Assembly (NCBI GenBank): GCA_965644265.1
Contig: OZ286461.1
Location: 114,886,001-114,950,000, forward strand
Direction of reading: 5' to 3'
DNA from: Glycera tridactyla
Taxonomy: Eukaryota
Length of the DNA: 64,000 nucleotides
The position numbers were made by a program, and so were the translations under genes. This document shows positions 24,386-37,500 of this stretch, piece after piece. Positions within the stretch are counted from its first letter, which is position 1; each line of letters opens with the position of its first letter. The notes under the pieces were generated by a model that was given only the letters and a program-made list of their open reading frames with translations, was not told the origin of the DNA and did not search any database.

Positions 24386-25006
24386 AACTTAGGGATTGGA
24401 AGCATCTCACCCAAGACGTTTCATGGGACTTTCAATATAGCCCAGGTGCGATATTTGGGTGTCACTGCTGGAGTTAAAAGCCATCCACTAGATCATGCTG
24501 ACTATACGGAGGATACAGGTGACAGAGGGCTGGCTTATAGGCTGTGATCAGCGTAGGTTGGCGATCAGGTGAACGAACCTGTTAGTTCAGCCTTACTGCA
24601 CACTTAGCCAAGCGCCAGACTGATCGCTCAATTACCAAACAAAAAAGCCACCAGGGACACCAAAATAGCATCGGCTTGGAGATGACCAAATGACTCTTAC
24701 CCATCTCATTCTAGGTGTTTTTGGCGCGTGCCTATATTTATAAGTAGATTGGGTTTATTCCATTGCAACTGTAATGCACCACACTACTTTAGCAGTCAAC
24801 CCAAAATAACGATCCCCGGCGTGTCTGCATATTCATTGAATGGTTATCCAGTCCCTTTCCCCGACGCTATTACACACGCTTCCTCTCCATCCCTCTCTCT
24901 GCATCGATCCCTATCTGTCGGTCTGTTTGTCTGTCTATCTCCCTCTCTCTGTCCTGGTCTCTGTCTGTCTATTTGTCTCTATCTCTCCCCTTCCTCTTCA
25001 TATTAC

Positions 25007-25077
<71 letters not shown>

Positions 25078-26831
25078 GATAGGCGATCTATCCAAATAAT
25101 GCCATCATTTATTTGAATGCTCATAGTATGGAGACTTGTCATCAATATTATATTGACTGTGCTGCTACTAACCATTACGTGTGTTTTGTTTTCTAACGAT
25201 GTACTGGAGAAAGTTGTCTGTTGGCCTCCAAATGTACTCCTTTCGTTATAATTAAAGAATTTGCAATTTACAATCTATGTTTCTGTCCGCCTGTCTCCCT
25301 CTCTCTTTCCCGGTCGCTGTCTGTCTAGTTATCTCTATCTCTCCATATTTCTCTGTCTGTCTGTCTCCCTCTCTCTGTTCCGGTCTCTGTCTGTCTATTT
25401 ATCTCTATCTCCCCCAATTCTCTCCATATTTCTCTGTCTGTCTGTCTGTTAGTCGGTCTGTTTTTTTCCTTCCTTCCTTTCTTTCTTTCTTTCTTTCTGT
25501 CAATCTGTTTCTTTCNNNNNNNNNNNNNNNNNNNNNNNNNNNNNNNNNNNNNNNNNNNNNNNNNNNNNNNNNNNNNNNNNNNNNNNNNNNNNNNNNNNNN
25601 NNNNNNNNNNNNNNNNNNNNNNNNNNNNNNNNNNNNNNNNNNNNNNNNNNNNNNNNNNNNNNNNNNNNNNNNNNNNNNNNNNNNNNNNNNNNNNNNNNNN
25701 NNNNNNNNNNNNNNNNNNTTCTTTCTCCCCGTCCTTCCTGTCCATCCATTTGTCCGTCTCACATCATGATTCAGTACATTATCAAGTAGAATATTTCTGA
25801 GTCCCTGTTTATCTGAGGTTGTTATGGAGGCGGCAGGGCAGCTGCATGGGTCCTCAGAGATGATCGGAAAGGTCGGATCATCCATCAATCAGCGCTGATC
25901 CGTCACATTGTCAACATGAAGGTGGGCGTGCCCGGTCAGGGGGACGTTTCACTGACAGTTTAGTAACACTCAATACGACATAGGGGCTCCCAGTTACCAT
26001 AGTTTTCTGAGGAAAATCGCGGTAATTGAGAGCACCTACAAGTATTGAGTGTCACTAAAGTCTTAATGAAGCGTACACCCAGGTGTTATTAATCGGTTCC
26101 TGTTGACCACGTCACCTGCCACACCCCGGGAACATTAATGATTCATCACCTGCATGAGTTGAGTCTTATGTTCTTTCGGTGTGTGATGGGTTATAGATGA
26201 TTAGTTGTGGATTTCATGTAGGACTCTGAGTATAGATATTTATTCTTGAAGAAACTTTGAACGCACAGTTGGCATGCGCTAGATTACCAAATCCAACTAT
26301 CTTTGAGGTAAATTAGGATGATATTCGTGTTTATTTACCTAATATTCTCTTTTTTATTGCGCCTACGTAAATAGGCTTCAAACTCGACATTGTGATGTAA
26401 TTGCATGCATGCGTGTCCTTTTGTCATTTCTATATGTTTGTGGTATGTGCGTGCGTGTGTGCGCGTGTATTGGTNNNNNNNNNNNNNNNNNNNNNNNNNN
26501 NNNNNNNNNNNNNNNNNNNNNNNNNNNNNNNNNNNNNNNNNNNNNNNNNNNNNNNNNNNNNNNNNNNNNNNNNNNNNNNNNNNNNNNNNNNNNNNNNNNN
26601 NNNNNNNNNNNNNNNNNNNAGTCGGTGAGAGTCATTTCTAAGGTGAGCCAAACGCGAAGGCTATCCAGCCTACCCCCCCCCCCCCCCCCCACACCAATTA
26701 TTTTTTGACACAAGTGCGAGGAACAAGAATGGGGACCTGTTTTCAAAGTATTACAAGACATTAGCTACTGTTAGCTGCACCTGAACAGCTTGCAGGGTCC
26801 CATGAAATGAATGATGACGTTGACTACATAC

Positions 26832-27008
26832 TTCCCTAGACAATTACTTGCTGGTTTTGAGCCAATCAGAACCCCTTGATGATGTATCACTGATCTATCC
26901 ATTTTTAGCATCACATTTGACAAAATTGAGTATTTGTGGCAGGTTCCGGTATCATTTGTATTACGGAGCAAGTTCAAATTAAAGACCAAGATCGGTTCTT
27001 TAATCAAG
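26832..27008 (-). CDS. Candidate internal exon of an unidentified gene (LIKEPILVFNLNLLRNTNDTGTCHKYSIL...)
   Basis: 177 bp, symmetric phase, acceptor CTGTTTCACTCAG| and donor |GTATGT. Only one of the three minus-strand frames is open at its start. Confidence 0.28.
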
Positions 27009-27319
27009 CTGAGTGAAACAGATGTGAGTTGAGTTCAGGACAAGCTACACACATCTATAATTTACGTGTCCTCACCATACTTGTCTAGAACCGTCTATCT
27101 TGTAATAAAGTGGCGATGGAGTGAACAAAACCAAATGCAATACCAACCTGTAGGCCTATTAGTCAACCATCACCGGCAAATGCACAAGTGGTTGCTCAAG
27201 ACAGGTGGTTGCTTAATACAGCAGGTGAATCACAGTGAGAAATACTCTAGCGGAATATCAGGAAGTGGCTGCTCACGATAGTTAAATACAGTGGTTGCCT
27301 TATGCAGATTCCATGGTAT

Positions 27320-27800
27320 GTCTACTCAAATCGTGGCGGCTACGTTTTTCGCCCTAGCATCGCGAATTCGCATCGGATCGAAATGAAATTCAGTGACAGA
27401 CTTTGTTTGACATCTCCGGCGACTAGAAGTGGAATTTTGGCGAGGTCTACTTGCATTTATGGCTCCAAATATGTCGATTTCACGCTGGTTAAATTGCGTG
27501 TGCGGCAGCGGCATCCCCACTATTTCACATACAAATATTCGCCGTAAAAATGCAATGAAATGATGGCGTACCCTCTTCAAATGATCTCCGGAAGCTCTGC
27601 ACAATTCATTCATGCTCTTGAAACTAAGATTGGATTGAAATGACGACTTGAGTGTTGGAAACAGCACTCTTTTAAATGACACCCTTGGCTCCCAAGCGCC
27701 ATGGACATCAACGCCGAAGGCCCGTCCATTATTGACGTAGACGTAGACGTGGATGTAGACGTAAACGTGCCTGCCACGTTTGGATTTGACAGAGTTTAGT
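27320..27800 (-). mobile_element. MITE-like repeat, family B
   Basis: Reverse copy: AAATCGTGGCGGCTACGTTT..CGCGAATTCGCATCGGAT..GACATCTCCGGCGACTAGAA..GGATTTGACAGAGTTTAG. Confidence 0.65.
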
Positions 27801-28574
27801 GAGCCGCGAAATGTTGACAACCGCGCGATCACGCCGAGTAGCGATCCATGAAGGCGACAATGACGCGTGTCGATTTCGTGTCGATTTCGTGTCGATTTCT
27901 TGTGACCTCGGCCCCTAGGATCAAGCTGGAGTGCAGATGGACTGAGAGACATTAATATTTGGTTTCATCTGGATCGATGGTACCTTCCCAATTCACCCAT
28001 CATTCAGGGATGGCATGATCATGAATCCTCGCATATGGCGAATTTTCATCTTTCCATTCTTGTCCATGTGCGCACCGTTTTACTACGTCACAATGAGCAG
28101 TCACGTGCCTATTGTCGGCACCTCTCACTTATCACCTTCCACTTATAATATAGTATATAGAATCCTGATCAGGCGGTGACTTTCCGATGAGCGTCGCCAT
28201 GTATCAACCCAACAGGCTTGGCATGTCATTTGGTAAGTATCTATGGAAGCTGTGACTTTGTCTTCCTGCAGGCAACACTCTCATAAACCTCAAATACAAG
28301 ATGGTGGTGGTCGATCCTGGTGCTCCACTAATAACCCCACTTGGATTCGAATAAACCCATCAATATCATATCTGACCATGCAAGTGGCTGGAAGCTGACA
28401 TCCAATCTGACTCCAATGCTTTCATGTTGAATACTTGAAGAATGTATACCAGTTATGAAATGTCAACTTGAAACCAACTTCACAATAATGCAAAATAATA
28501 ATAAGTACCAATATTTGCAATCGATAAGTTTAGTTATTTGAATCACTCGGAATGCTCCACCACTGATCTGAACA

Positions 28575-28790
28575 CAGTGTATGCCGACTGGGATGTCAAA
28601 GGCAGATCATGTGTATGTTAGTATATTCTCGAATGCACGTGAAAGAACCACTGCTGTACTTTGCAAAGAGTAGGGACTGCCCATGGGAGCGGTGCCTCTC
28701 TCTCTTCAGCATTTTGAATCTCTCAGTCTGATATAACCCAAGAAGGTTGGCAGAACGTCAAACTCAGACAAACAAACAGATAAACAAATC
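28575..28790 (+). mobile_element. Nin/Deu-domain-like SINE
   Basis: GCACGTGAAAGAACCACTGCTGTACTTTGCAAAGAGTAGGG resembles the recalled Deu/Nin core (CACGTTAAAGATCCC..TTTTCGTAAGAGTAGGGG). It has an (ACAA)n tail. Confidence 0.55.
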
Positions 28791-28814
28791 AGCACTTATC
28801 CATCTCTATCAAGT

Positions 28815-28885
28815 GGCACTACAGAGGGTCCTGCGGCACTACAAAGGGTCCTGCGGCACTACAAAGGGTCCTGTGACTCTACAGA
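28815..28885. repeat. 20-bp tandem repeat, ~3.5 copies
   Basis: GGCACTACA(G/A)AGGGTCCTGC. Confidence 0.9.
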
Positions 28886-29273
28886 GCTATAAGCCTTAAG
28901 CGTCTTCTCCATGTGTGTGCTCTCAGAGAAGAATTGTGGCCTGAGCAGAGACTGATCACTGGATCTCCTTGGGATGTGGACATGTGCGCTTAGCTCTGAT
29001 CTATACCCGACCCTCACTACATGGCTTATACCTTACATCAACAATTTAGCATGTTATAGCATTGATCCTTGTTAGCCGACAGAGAAGCAAGTAAATCCAT
29101 GAGCGGTCTCTGATGCCAAATATCTTCTATCAACTGTATCCGGCACCCTTAACATCCAGATCATGTCAGGATGGCGCAGTACGGGGTGCAAAATAAATAC
29201 CGGTTCACATGAAGATGAACATCACATCAACCTCATACATGGCTCCAATGTGCTATTAGTTTGAAGTATTATA

Positions 29274-29601
29274 CAGTCAAACGTGTCCTAAGCATCAACC
29301 TTCTGAACCTGTACTAAGCATGGACTCTAGTCACACGGTTTTTCCCATCCCTCGGTTTTACCCTTGGTAAACCCAGTGCATGGCGACTGGATAACAAAGG
29401 CGCGCCCGTGCCTTTCATGCATGCATGTGAAATAATCACTGTTCTCTTTTGCTAAGAGTAGGGACGACCCCCGGCAGCGGTGGCTTTCTTCTTCAGCATT
29501 TTCAGTATTTCAGTCTGATATAACCAAAGGTGGTTGAAAGGACGTTAAAACCAACCAAACAAACAAACAAACAAACTTCACGCTGAGGACAGGTCTGACT
29601 G
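29274..29601. mobile_element. pogo/Tigger-like MITE interrupted by a SINE
   Basis: TA|CAGTCAAACGTGTCCT ... AGGACAGGTCTGACTG, with a Nin-type SINE between the two ends. Confidence 0.6.
29310..29577 (+). mobile_element. Nin/Deu-domain-like SINE nested in a MITE
   Basis: Same core (GTGAAATAATCACTG..CTAAGAGTAGGG..CTTCAGCATTTT..CAGTCTGATATAACC) with an (AAAC)n tail. Confidence 0.55.
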
Positions 29602-32009
29602 TGTTCTGCAGAAGCAGCCTGCTGGTTTCGACAACTTCGGGCTGATGAAGTATCTTGATGTCAAGATTGATGATCACTTGCCCGCAATATATGAAGATAC
29701 ATACAACACTTTTGAAACCATTCAAAGCGAATATCTCTTTAGTAAAATGTTGCCTCGGAGATGACATGAGTGCGAATTATATTTTTCGTCTTGCAATACT
29801 TGTGTCATCTGGATCTTTTGTTATTCCTAAGGAGCTATACTACGAACTGCTCAAAACGATATTTGACTCTCATTCAGTACCTATTTTCTATGTGCTTTCT
29901 GGGATGGTCTCAACGTTCTGATGTGAAGAAGTTAGTAGGAAAGTTGCGCGCCGGATGTGTTTGATATAGTATTAATTGGCATAGCTGCGACATAAGCTGG
30001 ATCATATGAAACTGGACTGTTAGGATAATTGGTTTGTTATATGTTTGACGGCTCATTAGCACCTTTTGGGTCATATTGAGACGCTCATGCAGTGGGCCTG
30101 GCTCGGATGAATCAATGCCTCCACTTATGGATATCCAATGGGTAGTACAACTAAAGGTGTAAACGCATGAAATTCACAGACAGGAAATGATGTGAATATA
30201 ATGTGTTTCGACTGAAATAGGACGTGATGAATTCTCAAACATATTTTCTATACAATCCTCAGAGCGGGGATGATTTAGACCCTGGTGAAATGTACAAGCA
30301 GATATGACTTAGTTCAATGAAATGAATTAATTCAAGCTGCGTTACAGCCTGAGTTTATTTCTGGAATAGTAGAAAGCAGACCCGTCCTTTCTCAGCGACT
30401 TGGTAGTATCTGTTCTGAGTCTGGAAGAATGCGCGGGTTGTGTAGGTTCACCACATCTCACATTCTTGGAAGTATCACTATAGCAACGAATACGGTCTCC
30501 AGAAGAAAGAAATGTATCTCCCCGCATAAAAATACAGATCAAGAGAAAATTCACATGATGTATACCACCCTTACTGGATAGTTCAGGAGAATGGCATGGT
30601 TACCACCCACGAAAATGTACACTCTCGTGCCTGGAACGGTCGGTTTATTTGTATAGATTCCATTTTCTTGGATAAAACCTTCCTACCTCAAAGCAAGTCG
30701 GGTGCATAACCCTGAACACAACACCCTGAAATGACACCTCGAATGTTTATAAATTTAATGAATGTTCCCCTTCTGCTGGGTAACTTGTGGGAGAAGTCGT
30801 GAATGATCCCATCCATGCCTTTTGCACTGACGTCTCAATATAGCTCAGCTGATGCTAGCGAGACATTGAAAAATCAGCCAATTGATCATAATCATTTGCA
30901 CGGTCCAGGCAGTTGCCGATTTTGTCACAAATTCATACCGAATGTCGTACAATCGGATTGAGCAGTTCTATTTCTGGAGTAGACTGAGGCAGCCACTCTG
31001 AATTTCAGGCAATGAATTCTTCTTTCCGAATTCTCTGTCGACGATTATCGCATTATGAATGAAGATGTCAGTACCGACGTGCAATACAGATATGGATTTA
31101 GAAACAGTCGAACAATNNNNNNNNNNNNNNNNNNNNNNNNNNNNNNNNNNNNNNNNNNNNNNNNNNNNNNNNNNNNNNNNNNNNNNNNNNNNNNNNNNNN
31201 NNNNNNNNNNNNNNNNNNNNNNNNNNNNNNNNNNNNNNNNNNNNNNNNNNNCAAGACACCCGACCACCCACCTGCTCACCCACTAGCCCACCACCCACCC
31301 ACCAACCCACCTACCTACCTTCCCACCAACCCACCCACCCACCCACCCACCCACCCACCAACCTACCTACCTACCTACCTACCTACCTACCTACCTACCT
31401 ACCTACCTACCTACCTACATCCTACCCAGAGACNNNNNNNNNNNNNNNNNNNNNNNNNNNNNNNNNNNNNNNNNNNNNNNNNNNNNNNNNNNNNNNNNNN
31501 NNNNNNNNNNNNNNNNNNNNNNNNNNNNNNNNNNNNNNNNNNNNNNNNNNNNNNNNNNNNNNNNNNNNNNNNNNNNNNNNNNNNNNNNNNNNNNNNNNNN
31601 NNNNNNNNNNNNNNNNNNNNNNNNNNNNNNNNNNNNNNNNNNNNNNNNNNNNNNNNNNNNNNNNNNNNNNNNNNNNNNNNNNNNNNNCCTGTATCACTCT
31701 CTGCGTGTTGTATATCATGGATGATGACCAGCCTCCTGTGGGGATGATATACTGGTTGAATAATTGATATGATTAGGAGAAGGACGTGAGGAGAGCGAGA
31801 TATAGGAGGCGGTGCTCACTGCTGGCAAACCTGCCTCACAGGCCTGCAGTCACGTACCCCAAACACGTGGCCACCCCATCATCATACATATCATCAGCTT
31901 TATTTGTCCAGCCTCTGTACCGCCTAGATCAATACTACCCCCATCAGACGCTCATTTTCCGAGAGATCCACTGCGTCTATCTATCAATATCCAGGTGATT
32001 CTGGTTGTA

Positions 32010-32257
32010 TAGTCAAACCTGTGTTGTGCAACCCAGGAGCCTATAAGCGGCTGCCTTATACAGGTGGTTGCTCAACAGAGGTAAGTCATACACTAAACCT
32101 GCCCCAAGCAAGCCTTCCGGGGAAGACGCGAAATCTCAGGCTCAGGACAGGTGCATGTGGAGTACAAATTGAGATATACTCTGGTTAGATAAATAAGGGA
32201 TGGTTGCTTAAGATGGGTTCTTGCTTAGCACACAGTTTGCTCAGAGCCCGTTCGACT
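32010..32257. mobile_element. pogo/Tigger-like MITE whose right end seeds the 53-bp array
   Basis: The left end is TAGTCAAACCTGTG and there are internal GGTGGTTGCT motifs. The right end AGAGCCCGTTCGACT resembles AGAGCAGGTTCGACTG of other copies. Confidence 0.55.
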
Positions 32258-33398
32258 TCGGTGATGAATCATCCGTGGAGAATCACAGTTTGCTCAGAGC
32301 CTGTTCGACTCTGGTGATGAATCATCCGGGGAGAATCACAGTTTGCTCAGAGCCTGTTCGACTTCGGTGATGAATCATCCAGGGAGAATCACAGTTTGCT
32401 CAGAGCCTGTTCGACTTCGGTGATGAATCATCCGGGGAGAATCACAGTTTGCTCAGAGCCCGTTCGACTTCAGTGAAGAATCATTAGGGGAGAATCACAG
32501 TTTGCTCAGATGCTGTTCGACTTCGGTGATGAATTATCCGGGGAGAATCACAGTTTGCTCAGAGCCTGTTCGACTCTGGTGATGAATCATCCGGGGAGAA
32601 TCACAGTTTGCTCAGATGCTGTTCGACTTCGGTGATGAATCATCGGGGGAGAATCACAGTTTGCTCAGAGCCTGTTCGACTTCGGTGATGAATCATCCGG
32701 GGAGAATCACAGTTTGCTCAGAGCCTGTTCGACTTTGGTGATGAATTATTCGGGGAGAATCACAGTTTGCTCAGAGCCTGTTCGACTTTGGTGATGAATC
32801 ATCCGGGGAGAATCACAGTTTGCTCAGAGCCTGTTCGACTTTGGTGATGAATTATCCGGGGAGAATCACAGCTTGCTCAGAGCCTGTTCGACTTCGGTGA
32901 TGAATCATCCGGGGAGAATCACAGTTTGCTCAGAGCCTGTTCGACTTCGGTGATGAATTATCCGGGGAGAATCACAGTTTGCTCAGAGCCTGTTCGACTT
33001 TGGTGATGAATCATCCGGGGAGAATCACAGTTTGCTCAGAGCCTGTTCGACTTCGGTGATGAATCATCCGGGGAGAATCACAGTTTGCTCAGAGCCTGTT
33101 CGACTTCGGTGATGAATCATCCAGGGAGAATCACAGTTTGCTCAGAGCCTGTTCGACTTCGGTGATGAATCATCCGGGGAGAATCACAGTTTGCTCAGAG
33201 CCTGTTCGACTTTGGTGATGAATCATCCGGGGAGAATCACAGTTTGCTCAGAGCCTGTTCGACTTTGGTGAAGAATCATTAGGGGAGAATCACAGTTTGC
33301 TCAGAGCCTGTTCGACTTCGGTGATGAATCATCCGGGGAGAATCACAGTTTGCTCAGAGCCTGTTCGACTTCGGTGATGAATCATCCGGGGAGAATCA
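32231..33398. repeat. 53-bp minisatellite, 22 copies
   Basis: Unit CACAGTTTGCTCAGAGCCTGTTCGACTTCGGTGATGAATCATCCGGGGAGAAT, head-to-tail with no spacers. 1168 bp / 53 = 22 copies. Confidence 0.97.
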
Positions 33399-33559
33399 GG
33401 CCTTCCGATATTGTGTATGATCAAAATAAATTTTTAGTCCCTGATGTCATTAAAATCCTCGAATTCTTTTGACTTTCATCAACATGCGACTGTGAGGGAG
33501 TGGACTGAATGATTCATTCCCCGTTATTCGAGAATATAACCGTGCCATGCAACGTTTGC

Positions 33560-33980
33560 CACTAAACTCTGCCGAATCCAAATATGGCGGGTACGTTTTA
33601 CACGCTGAATTCGTAAATTTCTTTCTGATTTGACATGTGATGACACGAATGGATTGTACAGGTCTTCCGGCGATCATCGAACCTAGTCATGGTTAGTCTG
33701 CATGCTTCCGAAGAGGATTACACCATCATTTCATTGCATTTTTTCGGCGAATCCGCCTGCATCATCGTATTTGTATGTGAAACAGTAGAGATGTGGCCGC
33801 CGAACTTGACATATCTGGCCTTCTATGGTGAAATATACAAGGTAACTTCGCCTAGATCACATTTCCATTCGCTGGAGATGTCACCGACATCTTTCAGCGG
33901 GTTTCACTTGAATCCGATGCGAATTTGCGCTACCAGGGCGAAAAACGTAGCCGCCCCAATTGAACTTGATAGAATTTAGC
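33560..33980 (+). mobile_element. MITE-like repeat, family B
   Basis: CTAAACTCTGCCGAATCCAAATATGGCGGGTACGTTT ... AAAACGTAGCCGCC..GAATTTAG. Confidence 0.65.
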
Positions 33981-34441
33981 TGCGGTTAGTATTTGCTCCA
34001 CTCGTGAACACTGTAAGCTGCGTAGCATTACACAATCCCAGTAGATTTTAATGGGCATGATAAATGCCTATGTTATCTCATTACTTTCACCAAGTCTGGA
34101 CTTAGATTGCCATGATGAATTGGTTCACTTCTGTTATAAGTGAACATCGCAACCCTTGACGACAGATACATAATCTACGAATGTCTTGTCACATCCAAAT
34201 ATGTCGGATACATCTCAGTCCCGCATTTCGCAAATTCTCCCGGACTGAGTTTTTGGCAACCATCAAACCTGATTTCAGATAGTCTGCTTGCTTTTGAAGC
34301 AGATTCGCCTCCATTTTATTGAGTGTAATCGGCGAAACTGTATGTTTTCTGTTCTTGAAGTATAATATACCACACTCCTTGGGGACTCTAGTCAAAGTCC
34401 TGGTTACCCACGACTCGTGTGTCTGGTACAAGCATTGAATA

Positions 34442-34543
34442 CAGTCGAACCTGCTCGAGAGACCTCCTGTTTACAATGGCCACTTGCCCACAAAGGCCAC
34501 TTGTGATGCGCCCAAGGTGACCTTAAGAATACAGATTCGACTA
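34442..34543. mobile_element. pogo/Tigger-like MITE (short)
   Basis: TA|CAGTCGAACCTGC ... CAGATTCGACTA|TA. Confidence 0.6.
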
Positions 34544-37500
34544 TATAGTGTCATACATTGTTACGGTAACTGAGTGGAATGTAATAGTTAAGACGCATCT
34601 CTCTATGCCAGAGACTGGTGGAGTATGTTATAGGATACAGGACATCTCAATCCATACCCTTATTCTTATTGTATAATACAACCACAATATATACCAATTC
34701 AGATGAATGCATAGCGTACTATATGATATTCGTGAAATATATAACTAGGCCATTCCATATCACTCATCCACATCTCATCCAATGTCATGAAGCACCATCA
34801 TCTGTACATACTCATTTTCATCCCATTGTATCATGTTTTATGTTCTAACAGTTATCGTCATCCTGGAAACGAATGCTGATGTTCTATCTAACTGTTTTTG
34901 AAGAAAATAAAAAAAGTGTTAAAATAAAAAATCAAAGGTGAAACTTAAAAACCAAACGTCTATATTTTTCGAAATGGAGAAATCACAACACAAACTCGCC
35001 CCCACCCCATCATTGATCGCCTCTTTATTCCATTGCTGAGCTGAATTGAGGGGGTACTTGTACCTCGTCGACACGGCGGCGGTGATCTGACTGACCTTGC
35101 TCGGAGGGGTAACTAGCTTTGTCCGTTCGCCTGATTATCTGCACAGTGAAGCCGCCCTAATACGATCTATACCCGCGCGATCAATGACTATAGATTAGGC
35201 TGTCGTCTTGGCTACTTGCCAGTGTATGCGATTCATATATAGTCAATTCTTTACTGGCGAACTTTGGACTTCTGTTTGTATGTCTGTATGATTATCTGTC
35301 TGATTGTGTGTGTGCGCCCGCGTGCGTGTGTGTGTCTGGCTGGCTGTCTTTGAGTTTTTCTGTCTGTGCATGTGTGTCTGTGTGTCTGCTTGTCTGTCTA
35401 TATTTCCGTCTGTCTGTCTATCTTACTGTATGTTCGTGTGTGTGTGTGTGTGGGGGGGGGGGTCTGTCTGTCTGTAAATGCGTGTTATACGCCTTCACTA
35501 TTGTAAATGATTAATTAATTCCATGTCAATATCGCTCTGTTGTTGCAGGTGAGAACTACTTTCCCTGGATAGCTTTGTGGTTTCGGAAGGTGAACAGTTC
35601 TTCAGTTATAGTCTGCAAGCATGTGTGCGGGAATGTTGCCGACATTTTCACAGTTGATAACCTCTCCGTAAAGACCATACAATTTTTTGTGCGACCTGGA
35701 CAGCTTTGGCAGCACGCCCTACTCCCATTGCTGGTTCTTGTTCATCTCGCGCCTGAGGGATAATCCTTATTCAGTATTGACACCCACTCATATACCACTC
35801 TCCGACTACACGCCATCTCACCTTTTGGCCATCTTTATTATCTGCATTTTTACTTCAAGAACATCTCGTCGAATGGGAGACTTATTTTCGTCCGTTTTAG
35901 ATAATTCACCCAGAAACAATATTGGACCTGGGGATTAATATCACATGGTGTCATCGGTAGCAGATGGGTGTAAACATAGTGACTATGATCTATACTCTAT
36001 CTGATATACTATACGTTGGCAAACGTTGATTTCTGGGTTCAGGCGAAGCCACAATGCCCAGATCTTCTCGGGTGGCATACGTTCATCTTAAATGAATCGT
36101 AAATAGGATTTAGCTCGAATAGATGTATGTAAAAGTATCTCACGCGATTAACCACCTCTCTTCAGGGGCCATAGGTTCATAGGTTGTTTGTAAATTATTT
36201 TTTATAATTCGTCATGTAACGATATTTGCATTGAGTGGTTCATAATTAATGTTTCAACAGCATGCACGTCGAAAATGCACTCGATGATTCCGCAGGGGAG
36301 GGAAAGGTGTTCTTTTCCCACCAGACAATAGTTCCTTCACACACACACACGTACCCCGCCCACACACACGCAATATATTCAGAACCAACCCCTTCCCCAA
36401 GTCTCCTATGAATAAAAAAAAGTTTGTCAAATAAAATCAAATCCTGCCTGAGGTAAGAAGACGTTAAGTATCAATCAGGCACTTTCACCGATCTCCAATC
36501 ATGTAGTACCGTTCTGTTTCCAATGGATACTCCGTATCGATAATGTGTATCGTCTCTCTAAGGCTAGTGTCTGAATTGCATTTATTTTCTTGCTATGTTT
36601 CTGTTGTTGTGATTTGATGGACATGAGTATAATACTACATTCATTCACCTATATCAGTATGATTTTATAAAGCCCTTATGACCTGGCTCTGTACCAAATG
36701 ATGTGTGGATTGGTTAGCGACAGTTTCGGTTGAGGTGATAATCAAAATGCTATCATGAGTTAAACTGTCTGACCTAATCTGCAGGTATAACCAACCTGAC
36801 ATGCCTCGCCCCTTTCTTCAAAATGCACAATCAATCTAACATGGAAGGACTAAAGCACTCTTTCCTCATGACAATGACCACGGAGTCCATGTAGTTGATA
36901 CTGCGAGGAGACTATACTCCTTCACATGCGCTCGGTTGGTACAATATTCAGGAGAGTACGCTGGAAATTGACTATGTGGACGAAGCGATCCAAGTGATTT
37001 GTGCATCGGGTCATGACAGGTCTACTATTGATCGACATCAGTCTTGTGTGTCTGATTGATTCCACATGAATAATACACACCTGGCTGATGTCAGACGCAT
37101 NNNNNNNNNNNNNNNNNNNNNNNNNNNNNNNNNNNNNNNNNNNNNNNNNNNNNNNNNNNNNNNNNNNNNNNNNNNNNNNNNNNNNNNNNNNNNNNNNNNN
37201 NNNNNNNNNNNNNNNNNNNNNNNNNNNNNNNNNNNNNNNNNNNNNNNNNNNNNNNNNNNNNNNNNNNNNNNNNNNNNNNNNNNNNNNNNNNNNNNNNNNN
37301 NNNNNNNNNCATCAACTCAACTCGAATATTATCAATTGATGTTGATTCAACTCAATATTTCTCCAATTCACCTTCCTTTTAACAGAATAGGGACGTCGGT
37401 ACTATGAAGAATAAAACACCGGTATCTTTGTGTATACATAATCTGAGAATATTACATCAAGCTTACATCGTGTATCATGCCAATCGTCACTGTGTCGAGC

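Noticed and set aside
29624-29680. CTGATGAAG plus hairpin, hammerhead-like (also 35579-35608 minus)
   Set aside because: The first lacks GAAA after the stem. The second has no stem II pairing.
30835-30900. tRNA (TAGCTCAG A-box)
   Set aside because: There is no B-box and no cloverleaf. At most it is a SINE head relic.
32231-33398. CRISPR array
   Set aside because: The units are head-to-tail and near-identical with no unique spacers. The context is eukaryotic and there are no cas genes.
35008-35187. 11-bp inverted repeat TCATTGATCGC bounding 180 bp
   Set aside because: Single instance, short arms and no TSD, so there is not enough support for a MITE call.
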